In this document: one piece after another, positions 18,040 through 26,065 of the stretch | Layout of the letters: the number at the start of each line of letters is the position of its first letter | Numbering within the stretch: the stretch's first letter is position 1 | Source: Lentimicrobiaceae bacterium | GTDB taxonomy: Bacteria > Bacteroidota > Bacteroidia > Bacteroidales > SKPS01 | Assembly: GCA_007119395.1 (NCBI GenBank) | Contig: SKPS01000153.1 | Coordinates: forward strand, 1 to 32,419 | Direction: 5' to 3' | DNA length: 32,419 nt | Program-made: the position numbers and the translations under genes | The notes under the pieces: model-generated | What the model saw: the letters and a program-made list of their open reading frames with translations, nothing else | The model's database searches: none | What the model was told of the DNA's origin: nothing

Positions 18040-18792
18040 CTAGCGGCGCTTGTTGCGAACTTCCAGGAACTGATCTATTGCCATTGACATGGAGGGTGCT
18101 GATGCTGTAGGGGCCTCAATGTTCAGGGTAAAGCCGGCATCGGTCACCGCCTTGCATGTTGCAGGGCCAAAAGCCCCGATCACGGTGTCGCCTTGCTTGA
18201 AATCGGGTTTCCCTTTCTGCAAAGCCTCTACTCCGTAAGGGCTGAAAAACACGATCATGTCAAAGCTGTCGATATCCACATCACTCAAATCATTAGGTAC
18301 TGTACGATATAAAGTGGCACGTGTGAAGTTGATCTTGTTCGATTCAAGGTCATCGATCAGGCCACCTTTGTTGAGGTCTGTACATGGAAGCAGAAAACGT
18401 TCGTCCTGGTGCTTGATGATGAGCTTGATCAGGTCATCATGCTTTGGATTGGCGAAGAAGATCTTCCGCTTGCGGTATTGAATGTAACGTTGCAGATAGA
18501 GTGCCGTAGATTCCGTGGTACAGAAATACTTCATGTTGTCAGAAACCTCCACCCGCACCTCTTTGCAAACCCTGAAGAAGTGGTCTACCGATTGCCTGGA
18601 TGTGAAAATTACAGCAGTGTGTTTTGGGATACTAATACGCTCTTTTCGGAATTCACGACCCGGAATCCCTTCAATGGCAATGAACTTGAAGAAATGGAGG
18701 TTTACACCATATTTTTTCTGAAGCTCTCCGTAGGGCGATTTTTCGATACTAGCCGGTTCCGGTTGCGAAATGAGAATGTTTTTGATCTTCAT
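18040..18792 (-). CDS. hemD: Uroporphyrinogen-III synthase family protein (Bacteroidota HemD-like)
   Basis: MKIKNILISQPEP start, IFTS, YRKRKIFF, FFSP and AFGPAT; typical DUF4271-hemD-rnpA-yidD order. Start placed at ATG 18792. Confidence 0.8.
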   Translation of the reverse strand: MKIKNILISQPEPASIEKSPYGELQKKYGVNLHFFKFIAIEGIPGREFRKERISIPKHTAVIFTSRQSVDHFFRVCKEVRVEVSDNMKYFCTTESTALYLQRYIQYRKRKIFFANPKHDDLIKLIIKHQDERFLLPCTDLNKGGLIDDLESNKINFTRATLYRTVPNDLSDVDIDSFDMIVFFSPYGVEALQKGKPDFKQGDTVIGAFGPATCKAVTDAGFTLNIEAPTASAPSMSMAIDQFLEVRNKRR

Positions 18793-18826
18793 TAGTTTCC
18801 ACTCCTTTTTCATCAAATACCCACCT

Positions 18827-19675
18827 TTAAGATCCTGCCAGGAAAAAATGCACTCCTTTTCCGGCAAGAACCAAAGGAATTATTTCGAGGGTGCAAAAAT
18901 ACAAAATATTGTGGAGAAACGAAAAAGGGGTGAGCATCATCCCCAGCCTCAGTGTTCTGAAAAGCCGTACCATCAGTAGTGAAAGCATCAGAAGAAGTGT
19001 TATATATAACGGTATGGCTGAAGAGGAGAATGCATCCACCACCACCAGTGGGGTGATGATAGCGGCTGAGGTGAAGGCAGAGAGCAGCAAGTGATCGCGG
19101 TAGCTTTGCCCTGCTTCAGGGGTTTGAAAGACTTGGTCAACCACCCATGACAATGCGATCTTGGCAGAAAGCAAGGCAATGAAACCGGCGGCAAAAAGAA
19201 AGAACAGAATAGGTTCGTGTGATAGGTGGATAAGGTTGTTGGCGTGGAGTAACGCAGCAACCGATAGCGCCAGCAGGCTGAAAGCGATACCATAGATAAC
19301 CATGAAAATCACAGAAAAACTGTTGAAATAAAACCCAAAGACCCGGTTCTCTCCTGTAGGGGTGGATGGGAAAACCATGGCCCTGAACAGAACGGCAATC
19401 TGTTGACGCCAGGTAAGACGTAACACCACAATCAGCAATAAAAGAAGTGCAAAGCCTCCAAGTAGCCAGTCATTATCAACTTCGTAACGCAAGGCGGGTT
19501 CCTGTTCCGGCTCTTTTCTCTTGGTGGTGGAGAAAAAGGATATGGGGAGTGGTGTTTCATCCACTTCAGCCTCCGATAGGGTATCAGGGGGTAGTCCGAT
19601 ATGAGCGTCGAGGGTGTGCCACACAGGTTGCGTGGTATCGGAACTGATAAACCGGGTTGGATCTGTTTTGCTCAT
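18827..19675 (-). CDS. DUF4271-like multi-pass membrane protein
   Basis: Several TM helices, C-terminal ILYFCTLEIIP, and position upstream of hemD as usual in Bacteroidota. Confidence 0.7.
   Translation of the reverse strand: MSKTDPTRFISSDTTQPVWHTLDAHIGLPPDTLSEAEVDETPLPISFFSTTKRKEPEQEPALRYEVDNDWLLGGFALLLLLIVVLRLTWRQQIAVLFRAMVFPSTPTGENRVFGFYFNSFSVIFMVIYGIAFSLLALSVAALLHANNLIHLSHEPILFFLFAAGFIALLSAKIALSWVVDQVFQTPEAGQSYRDHLLLSAFTSAAIITPLVVVDAFSSSAIPLYITLLLMLSLLMVRLFRTLRLGMMLTPFSFLHNILYFCTLEIIPLVLAGKGVHFFLAGS
18894..18901 (-). promoter_or_regulatory. Possible internal -7 box (TATTTTTG) for hemD-rnpA-yidD, within the DUF4271 coding sequence
   Basis: Codons TAT TTT TGC (YFC) spell TAnnTTTG about 100 nt upstream of the hemD ATG. 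Confidence 0.4.
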
Positions 19676-19683
19676 GAAGGGGA

Positions 19684-19719
19684 CAAAGGTACAAAGGAAT
19701 TGCTTTTTTGGTATTTTTG
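19684..19719. promoter_or_regulatory. Back-to-back divergent -7 boxes: TACCTTTG (minus, 19684-19691, DUF4271) and TATTTTTG (plus, 19712-19719, yebC)
   Basis: Both match TAnnTTTG within a 79-nt divergent intergenic gap. Confidence 0.65.
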
Positions 19720-19754
19720 CATGCGGATATATAATATGAATTAAGAGAAAAGCG

Positions 19755-20498
19755 ATGTCAGGTCATAGTAAATGGTCAACCATTAAACGGAAGAAAGGGG
19801 CATTGGATGCCAAGCGAAGCAAAATATTCACCAAGATCCTGAAGGAGATCTCTATTGCTGTGAAGGAAGGTGGAGGCGACCCTGAAAGCAATCCCAGGTT
19901 GCGACTGGCCATTGCCAACGCCAAGGGGGCGAATATGCCCAAAGATAACATTCAACGTGCCATTACCAAGGCGGGCGACAAGAACAGTTCAAACTTCTCT
20001 GAGGTGACGTACGAGGGGTATGCTCCTTATGGAATTGCTATGTTTCTTGAATGCACAACAGACAACATTCAGCGCACAGTGGCCAACATCCGCTCCTACT
20101 TCAACAAGCACCAGGGTGAGCTGGGAAAGAACGGGTCATTGAGCTTCCTGTTTGAAAGGAAAGGTATCTTTTCGATTCCACAGGCTGATATTGACCGCGA
20201 TGAGTTTGAGCTTGCGCTGATTGAGGCCGGTGCTGAGGAGATTGAGTTGGAGGATGAGTACTACAGTGTCACAACCGCTATGGAAGACTTTGGGGCAATG
20301 ATGAAGAAGCTGGAAGAGCTCAACATCGCCCCTGAAAGTGCCAGGCTTGAAAGGATACCCAATGATACCAAAGCCCTGGGGCTTGAAGAGGCAAAAAAAG
20401 TGCTGAAACTGATCGATTTATTTGAAGATGATGATGACGTACAGAAGGTATATCACAATCTGGAGTTGACAGATTCTTTGCTGGCATCGCTTGAATAG
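19755..20498 (+). CDS. yebC: YebC/PmpR family protein
   Basis: Motifs MSGHSKWSTIKRKKG, NPRLR, YEGYAPYG, TDNIQRT and DDDDVQKVYHN. Confidence 0.96.
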   Translation: MSGHSKWSTIKRKKGALDAKRSKIFTKILKEISIAVKEGGGDPESNPRLRLAIANAKGANMPKDNIQRAITKAGDKNSSNFSEVTYEGYAPYGIAMFLECTTDNIQRTVANIRSYFNKHQGELGKNGSLSFLFERKGIFSIPQADIDRDEFELALIEAGAEEIELEDEYYSVTTAMEDFGAMMKKLEELNIAPESARLERIPNDTKALGLEEAKKVLKLIDLFEDDDDVQKVYHNLELTDSLLASLE

Positions 20499-20548
20499 AT
20501 AGAAAAAACAGGGAGAAGTCAGCAGCAACAGATTGGAAAGATCGTCTG

Positions 20549-20588
20549 AAAAAAAACGGTCAATGTCTTAAAGGCATTGACCGTTTTC
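20549..20588. terminator. Bidirectional intrinsic terminator between yebC and the decarboxylase beta gene
   Basis: AAAACGGTCAATG...CATTGACCGTTTT hairpin flanked by A and T runs between convergent genes. Confidence 0.85.
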
Positions 20589-20616
20589 TATATGAGGCAG
20601 ACGATTAAACGCCGTT

Positions 20617-22233
20617 TTACATCAGGAAGCTCAGTAGGATACCTGCGGCCACTGCTGAGCCGATCACTCCTGATACATTGGGTGCCATTGCGTGCATCAG
20701 CAGGTGGTTGTTGGGATCGTTCAGAAGCCCTTCATGTTGTACAACCCTTGCGCTGTCGGGTACTGCCGATACGCCGGAGGCACCAATCAATGGGTTGATT
20801 TTGTTCTCCTTGGTCAGGAACAGGTTCATCAATTTGGCAGAGAGGAGGCCTCCGATGGTAGCCACCATAAAGCTAACGGCTCCTAGTACGAAAATCAGCA
20901 CCGACTCTTTGGTGAGGAACACATCGGCCTGTGTTGAAGCACCCACTGTTAGTCCAAGCAAAATGGTAACAATATCCACCATGGCATTTCTGGCTGTTTC
21001 AGCCAATCGACGTGTTACACCACTCTCTTTAAGGATGTTGCCAAAGAAGAGCATGCCCAGAAGTGGCAGTGCACTGGGTGCGATAAAGGTGGTGAGGAAG
21101 AGACCCACAATCGGGAACAGGATTTTCTCCAGTTTCGATACAGAACGTGGTGGTTTCATCCGGATGAGTCGCTCTTTTTTATTTGTCAGCAGTCTCATAA
21201 ACGGAGGCTGAATAACAGGAACAAGCGCCATGTATGAGTAAGCGGCAATCGCAATGGGGCCAATCAGGTTTTTGACGATGATGGGATCACCGGCTGCTGT
21301 ATAACCGATTACATTGATCCCGTTGGCTAGCTTTGAGGAGATAAAAATGGCGGTAGGGCCGTCGGCACCTCCGATAATACCGATAGCAGCAGCCTCAGGT
21401 GGAGCAAACCCCAGATAGAGGGCACCAAGGAACGTAGCGAAGATACCGATTTGTGCGGCCGCTCCCAACAGCATCAATTTGGGATTCGACATCAGCGATG
21501 AGAAGTCGGTCATCGCACCAATACCAAGAAAAATCAACGGGGGATAAATACCTGCTGTTACTCCAAAGTACAGGTAATTCAGCACACTGCCACTTTCGTA
21601 GATACCCAGCTCCAGATTGAACCCTTCGGCCTGGAAAAACGGGATATTCCCCATGATGATCCCTGTTCCGATCGGTATCAACAGCAGCGGTTCGTAATCG
21701 TATTTGATGGCAAGGTAGATAAAGATCAACCCCACAATAAACATAATCAGGTGACCTGGTGTAGCATTGGGGAATCCTGAAAATTCGATAAAGTTCAACA
21801 ATCCGGCAACCGAAGTGGAGTGTCGTTTGTAGACGTCATTACCAATCACCAGGTGTCCATCCTGGTCGACAAATCCACGCTTGGTGGATAGCTCCACCGG
21901 ACCATGCGTTGCAAACTCCAGTACAATAATGTTGTCATCTACCTTCCAGCTACCGATAAATCGTTGTTTGGCAGAATCGAGGGCAAAAGCGCCGTCATCC
22001 TCAAAGAACAGCATTTTGTAGCGTTTCACCGTAGCACTGTCATCAGCACGTAAACGGTAGCCGTCGCTTTTGTTCAGCCATTTCCCCCTTGCAAGGTGAT
22101 CTTTCAATTCTGCTTTCGTTTTCTGCCCCGGAATGGAGGTAGAAATATCCTCCTGCACATAGTTGCCCATAAACAGGGCAGATAGGATGGACAGGAATAT
22201 TATGATCCCGATAAGGGTTGTCAATCTCTTCAT
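20617..22233 (-). CDS. Na+-translocating decarboxylase beta subunit (MmdB/OadB/GcdB family) with extra N-terminal soluble domain
   Basis: Motifs EPLLLIPIG, IFLGIGAMTDF, IGIIGGADGPT, IAAYSYMALVPVIQPP, GVSAVP and HAMAPNVSGVIGS. ATG at 22233 preferred over 22308, which overlaps the upstream gene. Confidence 0.93.
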   Translation of the reverse strand: MKRLTTLIGIIIFLSILSALFMGNYVQEDISTSIPGQKTKAELKDHLARGKWLNKSDGYRLRADDSATVKRYKMLFFEDDGAFALDSAKQRFIGSWKVDDNIIVLEFATHGPVELSTKRGFVDQDGHLVIGNDVYKRHSTSVAGLLNFIEFSGFPNATPGHLIMFIVGLIFIYLAIKYDYEPLLLIPIGTGIIMGNIPFFQAEGFNLELGIYESGSVLNYLYFGVTAGIYPPLIFLGIGAMTDFSSLMSNPKLMLLGAAAQIGIFATFLGALYLGFAPPEAAAIGIIGGADGPTAIFISSKLANGINVIGYTAAGDPIIVKNLIGPIAIAAYSYMALVPVIQPPFMRLLTNKKERLIRMKPPRSVSKLEKILFPIVGLFLTTFIAPSALPLLGMLFFGNILKESGVTRRLAETARNAMVDIVTILLGLTVGASTQADVFLTKESVLIFVLGAVSFMVATIGGLLSAKLMNLFLTKENKINPLIGASGVSAVPDSARVVQHEGLLNDPNNHLLMHAMAPNVSGVIGSAVAAGILLSFLM

Positions 22234-22270
22234 CTGGTGGAAACCTTTCTTGTGCAACACTTCTTTATTC

Positions 22271-22702
22271 TTATTCCATTTCGAGCAAAACTGCTCCCTG
22301 TAATACATTGTCTCCCGCCGAGACCTTGATTGATTTCACAACACCATCTTGTTCAGCCTGGATATTGTTCTCCATTTTCATGGCCTCCATCAGCAAGAGC
22401 TTATCGCCACGTTTCACGGCATCACCGGGTTTGACAAGGATCTGCAAAATGGTACCCGGCAGGGGTGAGGTTACGGGAATGGCTACCCCTCCACCTGCAG
22501 GAGGAGGTGCAGCTTCAGGAGAAGATGGAGCCGCTTTTACAACCGGACGCTTGATCTTAGGGGTTTTGGTGGCAGAGTCCTTGTGTGTTACCTCCACCTT
22601 GAACGGTGTGCCGTTCACCTCTATATCAGCTACATTGTCTGCATATTCCTTGATCTCAACTGCGTATTCAAGTCCGTTTATTACAAATTTATACTGCTTC
22701 AT
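22271..22702 (-). CDS. Biotin carboxyl carrier protein of the decarboxylase
   Basis: Pro/Ala linker, SPLPG and the EAMKMEN biotinylation motif. Confidence 0.95.
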   Translation of the reverse strand: MKQYKFVINGLEYAVEIKEYADNVADIEVNGTPFKVEVTHKDSATKTPKIKRPVVKAAPSSPEAAPPPAGGGVAIPVTSPLPGTILQILVKPGDAVKRGDKLLLMEAMKMENNIQAEQDGVVKSIKVSAGDNVLQGAVLLEME

Positions 22703-22741
22703 ATTGTTTCCGGTTTTTCCTCAAAAAATTTCTTCACTCAT

Positions 22742-23104
22742 TTACCAGTTCTTGCGATTCAGGGTGTTCAAACCGTAAATCTTTGAACTCCACGGGGAGT
22801 AACTCCGGGATACCTTTCTGATGGTAATCACATTGCTCTCTTCGTCGTGTATTTCACTGAAAAAGAGATGTAGCGCCATAGAAATGGCTGCGTTCTCCTC
22901 TCCGCTCACTTGTGTGGGTTCTTTCTGTTGTGACACATCCACCCCCTTTTTCTTCAGCCTGTTACGTGCCTCAATGGAAAGGATTTTGGGGAGGTTGTAG
23001 AACAGGGTTACCAAACTTACCAATACAGTAAATACGATAATATACCCCACAAGCGCAATAGTAATGTGTTCATTGGTAATATGTTCAAAACTTGCCAGGA
23101 TCAT
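22742..23104 (-). CDS. OadG-family (gamma/delta) membrane anchor subunit
   Basis: Single N-terminal TM helix, AAISMAL and HDEES...SPWSSKIY tail; lies in the decarboxylase operon. Confidence 0.85.
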   Translation of the reverse strand: MILASFEHITNEHITIALVGYIIVFTVLVSLVTLFYNLPKILSIEARNRLKKKGVDVSQQKEPTQVSGEENAAISMALHLFFSEIHDEESNVITIRKVSRSYSPWSSKIYGLNTLNRKNW

Positions 23105-23122
23105 AGCTAAACTGTTGATAGA

Positions 23123-24682
23123 TTATAGAGGGATGTTACAATGCTTTCTCGGAGGGTTGGTGTCTTTTTTGGTTGCCAGTGCCTGCAGTGCTCTGATGAC
23201 CCTGAAGCGGGTGTTTCGGGGCTCAATGACATCGTCAATATATCCGAATTTGGCAGCCTCATAAGGGTTGGCAAACTTGTCTTTGTACTCTTGTTCTTTC
23301 TCAGCGATGAATCGTTTTTTCTCCTCTTCATCGGTTATCTCAGCCAACTCTCTACTTCTGAGCACCTCAATGGCACCTTTGGGTCCCATAACTGCAATCT
23401 CAGCAGAAGGCCAAGCATAATTGATGTCACCTCGTAACTGTTTGCTGCTCATTACATCGTGAGCACCACCATATGATTTCCTCAGGGTGATGGTCACCTT
23501 TGGTACCGTTGCCTCACCATAGGCAAACATCAGTTTGGCTCCATGAAGAATGATGCCACCGTACTCCTGTTGGGTGCCGGGAAGGAAACCGGGTACATCT
23601 ACCATCGTGACCAATGGTATATTGAAGGCATCGCAAAATCTTACAAAGCGTGCTGCCTTACGTGATGCATCAATATCTAGCACACCTGCCAGGTAGCTGG
23701 GCTGATTGGCCACAACGCCCACAGGCATTCCATCAAACTTGGCAAAACCAGTTACAATGTTTTTGGCATAATGACGATGCACTTCCAGAAACTCGTTGTC
23801 ATCTACTACAGCGTAGATAATGTCTTTTACGTCGTACGGTTTATTGGGGTCTGAAGGGATAAAATAATTCAGTGAGTCTTCCAGTCTGTCGATGGGGTCG
23901 TTGCACTGTACCATGGGTGGGTCTTCCAGGTTATTGGAAGGCAGGTACGAGAGCAGCTTGCGAATCATCATCAGCCCCTCTTCTTCTGTTTCAGAGATAA
24001 AGTGGCTAACACCTGATTTGGCGGCATGCACATGAGCCCCACCCAGTTCGTCAACCGTAACCACTTCGCCGGTTACTGTTTTCACCACCTTAGGGCCTGT
24101 AACAAACATGTAACTGTTGCGCTCACTCATCAGGATGAAATCAGTAAGGGCAGGTGAGTAAACAGCTCCTCCGGCACATGGGCCGAAGATAGCAGAGATC
24201 TGTGGTATCACACCGGATGCATTGATGTTGCGCTGAAAGATCTCGGCATAACCCGCCAGGCTTTTCACACCTTCCTGGATTCGTGCACCACCACTGTCGT
24301 TCAAACCAATCACCGGAGCACCTACTTTCATGGCCTGGTCCATCACCTTGCAGATCTTTTTGGCATATGCCTCTGACAGGGATCCACCGAAAACAGTGAA
24401 ATCCTGTGAGTAAACATACACAATACGACCATCAATGGTACCATAACCAGTTACTACACCATCAGACAAAATACGTTGCTTTTCCAACCCAAAATCGTGG
24501 GAGGTGTGGGTGACAAACATGTCAAACTCCTCAAAACTTCCTTCGTCTAACAGAATTTCAATACGCTCACGGGCTGTGAGTTTGCCCTTTTTATGCTGTG
24601 ATTCAATTCTGGCTATTCCACCACCGAGCCTCGCTTGCTCGCGCCTCGCCATGAGGTCCTTAATTTTGTCTTCTATCGCCAT
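23123..24682 (-). CDS. mmdA: Methylmalonyl-CoA decarboxylase alpha / acyl-CoA carboxyltransferase subunit
   Basis: Motifs [51 protein letters not shown] and KHCNIPL; lies between the epimerase and the membrane subunits. Confidence 0.9.
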   Translation of the reverse strand: MAIEDKIKDLMARREQARLGGGIARIESQHKKGKLTARERIEILLDEGSFEEFDMFVTHTSHDFGLEKQRILSDGVVTGYGTIDGRIVYVYSQDFTVFGGSLSEAYAKKICKVMDQAMKVGAPVIGLNDSGGARIQEGVKSLAGYAEIFQRNINASGVIPQISAIFGPCAGGAVYSPALTDFILMSERNSYMFVTGPKVVKTVTGEVVTVDELGGAHVHAAKSGVSHFISETEEEGLMMIRKLLSYLPSNNLEDPPMVQCNDPIDRLEDSLNYFIPSDPNKPYDVKDIIYAVVDDNEFLEVHRHYAKNIVTGFAKFDGMPVGVVANQPSYLAGVLDIDASRKAARFVRFCDAFNIPLVTMVDVPGFLPGTQQEYGGIILHGAKLMFAYGEATVPKVTITLRKSYGGAHDVMSSKQLRGDINYAWPSAEIAVMGPKGAIEVLRSRELAEITDEEEKKRFIAEKEQEYKDKFANPYEAAKFGYIDDVIEPRNTRFRVIRALQALATKKDTNPPRKHCNIPL

Positions 24683-24703
24683 TTTGATCAATATCTGTAT
24701 GGG

Positions 24704-25123
24704 TTATTCCTTTACTTTCTTGTCTTCGCAAAACTCAGTCAACACACCAAATGTGCTTTTCGGATGTAAAAAGGCAATATCGAGCCCTTCAGCTCCGCGA
24801 CGGGGCACGGAGTCAATCAGTGAGACCCCATGCTCTTTGGCAGCCTCTAGGCATTGCTCTATCCCTTTCACTGCAAACGCTATATGATGAACTCCCTGGC
24901 CACGCTTCTCGATGAATTTTCCAACCGGACCCTCAGGATCTGTAGACTCAAGCAACTCTATCTTGGTGTCACCCACCTTGAAAAAAGCTGTGCGAACCCG
25001 CTGATCCTTCACCTCTTCAATCGCATAGCAGGTGAGACCCAATACCTTCTCGTAATAGGCTATGGCAGCATCCATGTCCTTTACCGCAATCCCAATGTGT
25101 TCAATGTGCGTTGGCTTCATCAT
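24704..25123 (-). CDS. mce: Methylmalonyl-CoA epimerase
   Basis: VOC-fold motifs HIEHIGIAV, IELLE, GVHHIAF and AFLHPKSTFGVLTE. Confidence 0.95.
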   Translation of the reverse strand: MMKPTHIEHIGIAVKDMDAAIAYYEKVLGLTCYAIEEVKDQRVRTAFFKVGDTKIELLESTDPEGPVGKFIEKRGQGVHHIAFAVKGIEQCLEAAKEHGVSLIDSVPRRGAEGLDIAFLHPKSTFGVLTEFCEDKKVKE

Positions 25124-25300
25124 TTATTATCATTTGGTTTGTTAACACATGTTGCAAAATACCATCAAAACCAACCAGCCCTGTAAAGGGACAATCGGCC
25201 ACCTTATCCTCATGTAACCACAGCAGAGCCTCAACCAAAGGCAGGCCCATAGTAGTTCCTATGAAACGGAGCGGGTGTGTGCAACGGCAAAATTGCGGTG

Positions 25301-25308
25301 CAAAGGTA
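25301..25308 (-). promoter_or_regulatory. -7 promoter box (TACCTTTG) for the mce-mmd operon
   Basis: The + strand CAAAGGTA gives a leader of about 175 nt. Confidence 0.6.
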
Positions 25309-25354
25309 CAACGAAAGAAGTTGATAAAAAAGAATTTTGCAAAAAATCGATTCG

Positions 25355-26065
25355 CTATACAATGGTTTTTACCCTGTTTCTCTCCTGAATGTATTGTTCA
25401 TATTTCCCTTCAAAGCGGATTCTCGCAGCCACTACAGTATCAAACTGTTTCAGGCTGGCAATCAGCAATTCACACACCTCCCTCAGCGCCATATTTCCCC
25501 CTGTAGAGCCGGTGATATAATCAGCCAAACGGTGTTCCAATACATATCGTCTGGTAAGGGGAGCTGCCGGCTGGTTAAAAAACAGCCTCAGCCCGCACCG
25601 CTGAGCCAAGGTGAAATCAATGATGTCATCAAAAAAAAATGCTGTCTCTTCCGGTACCACTGCATGGTCACGTGACAGAACAGAAAGCGCTTCATCCTTA
25701 CGCTTCACACCTGTCATTACCATATTAAAGTGCTCACGGGTTGCAAACTGCTTCGCTGTTTTATTGTCAGCACCCGACACGATCGCAGTAATGGGCATCT
25801 CCCCCTTGTTTTGTAGCCAGATGGCAAAACGGAGCATGTTCACCCCCATTGAGTCAGCCTCCGTGAAGCCACTTCCGTCGAGATGGGTCTTATGGCCATT
25901 GTTGAATACACCGTCCCAGTCGAATACCAAAGCCCTGACACGCGCTAAACGCCCGGCAAATGATGCATACCCCTCAGGAAACTCACCCCCCAACTCTTTG
26001 AAAGGGGTGATGAGCGCGCTGTCAAACCCAGGCTGTTGTTGTGGATCGTGATGCATGTTGTTCAC
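25355..26065 (-). CDS. KdsC-like HAD phosphatase (divergent)
   Basis: HAD motif I FDWDGV, motif II IVSG, K/DD motifs (KRK...FDDIID) and GGNMALREVCELL resembling the KdsC GG.GA.RE tail. GTGA overlap with the upstream gene; alternative ATG at 26056. Confidence 0.8.
   Translation of the reverse strand: MNNMHHDPQQQPGFDSALITPFKELGGEFPEGYASFAGRLARVRALVFDWDGVFNNGHKTHLDGSGFTEADSMGVNMLRFAIWLQNKGEMPITAIVSGADNKTAKQFATREHFNMVMTGVKRKDEALSVLSRDHAVVPEETAFFFDDIIDFTLAQRCGLRLFFNQPAAPLTRRYVLEHRLADYITGSTGGNMALREVCELLIASLKQFDTVVAARIRFEGKYEQYIQERNRVKTIV

Noticed and set aside
22234-22308. Longer start for the beta subunit
   Set aside because: It overlaps the BCCP gene; MKRLTTLIG at 22233 gives a normal N-terminal hydrophobic segment.
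22218-22778. 186-aa plus-strand ORF and the many other antisense or alternate-frame ORFs in the track
   Set aside because: They are shadows of well-supported genes on the opposite strand or frame and carry no motifs of their own.
25124-25300. Cobalamin riboswitch upstream of mce
   Set aside because: No B12-box or other conserved cobalamin riboswitch elements are recognisable by eye.
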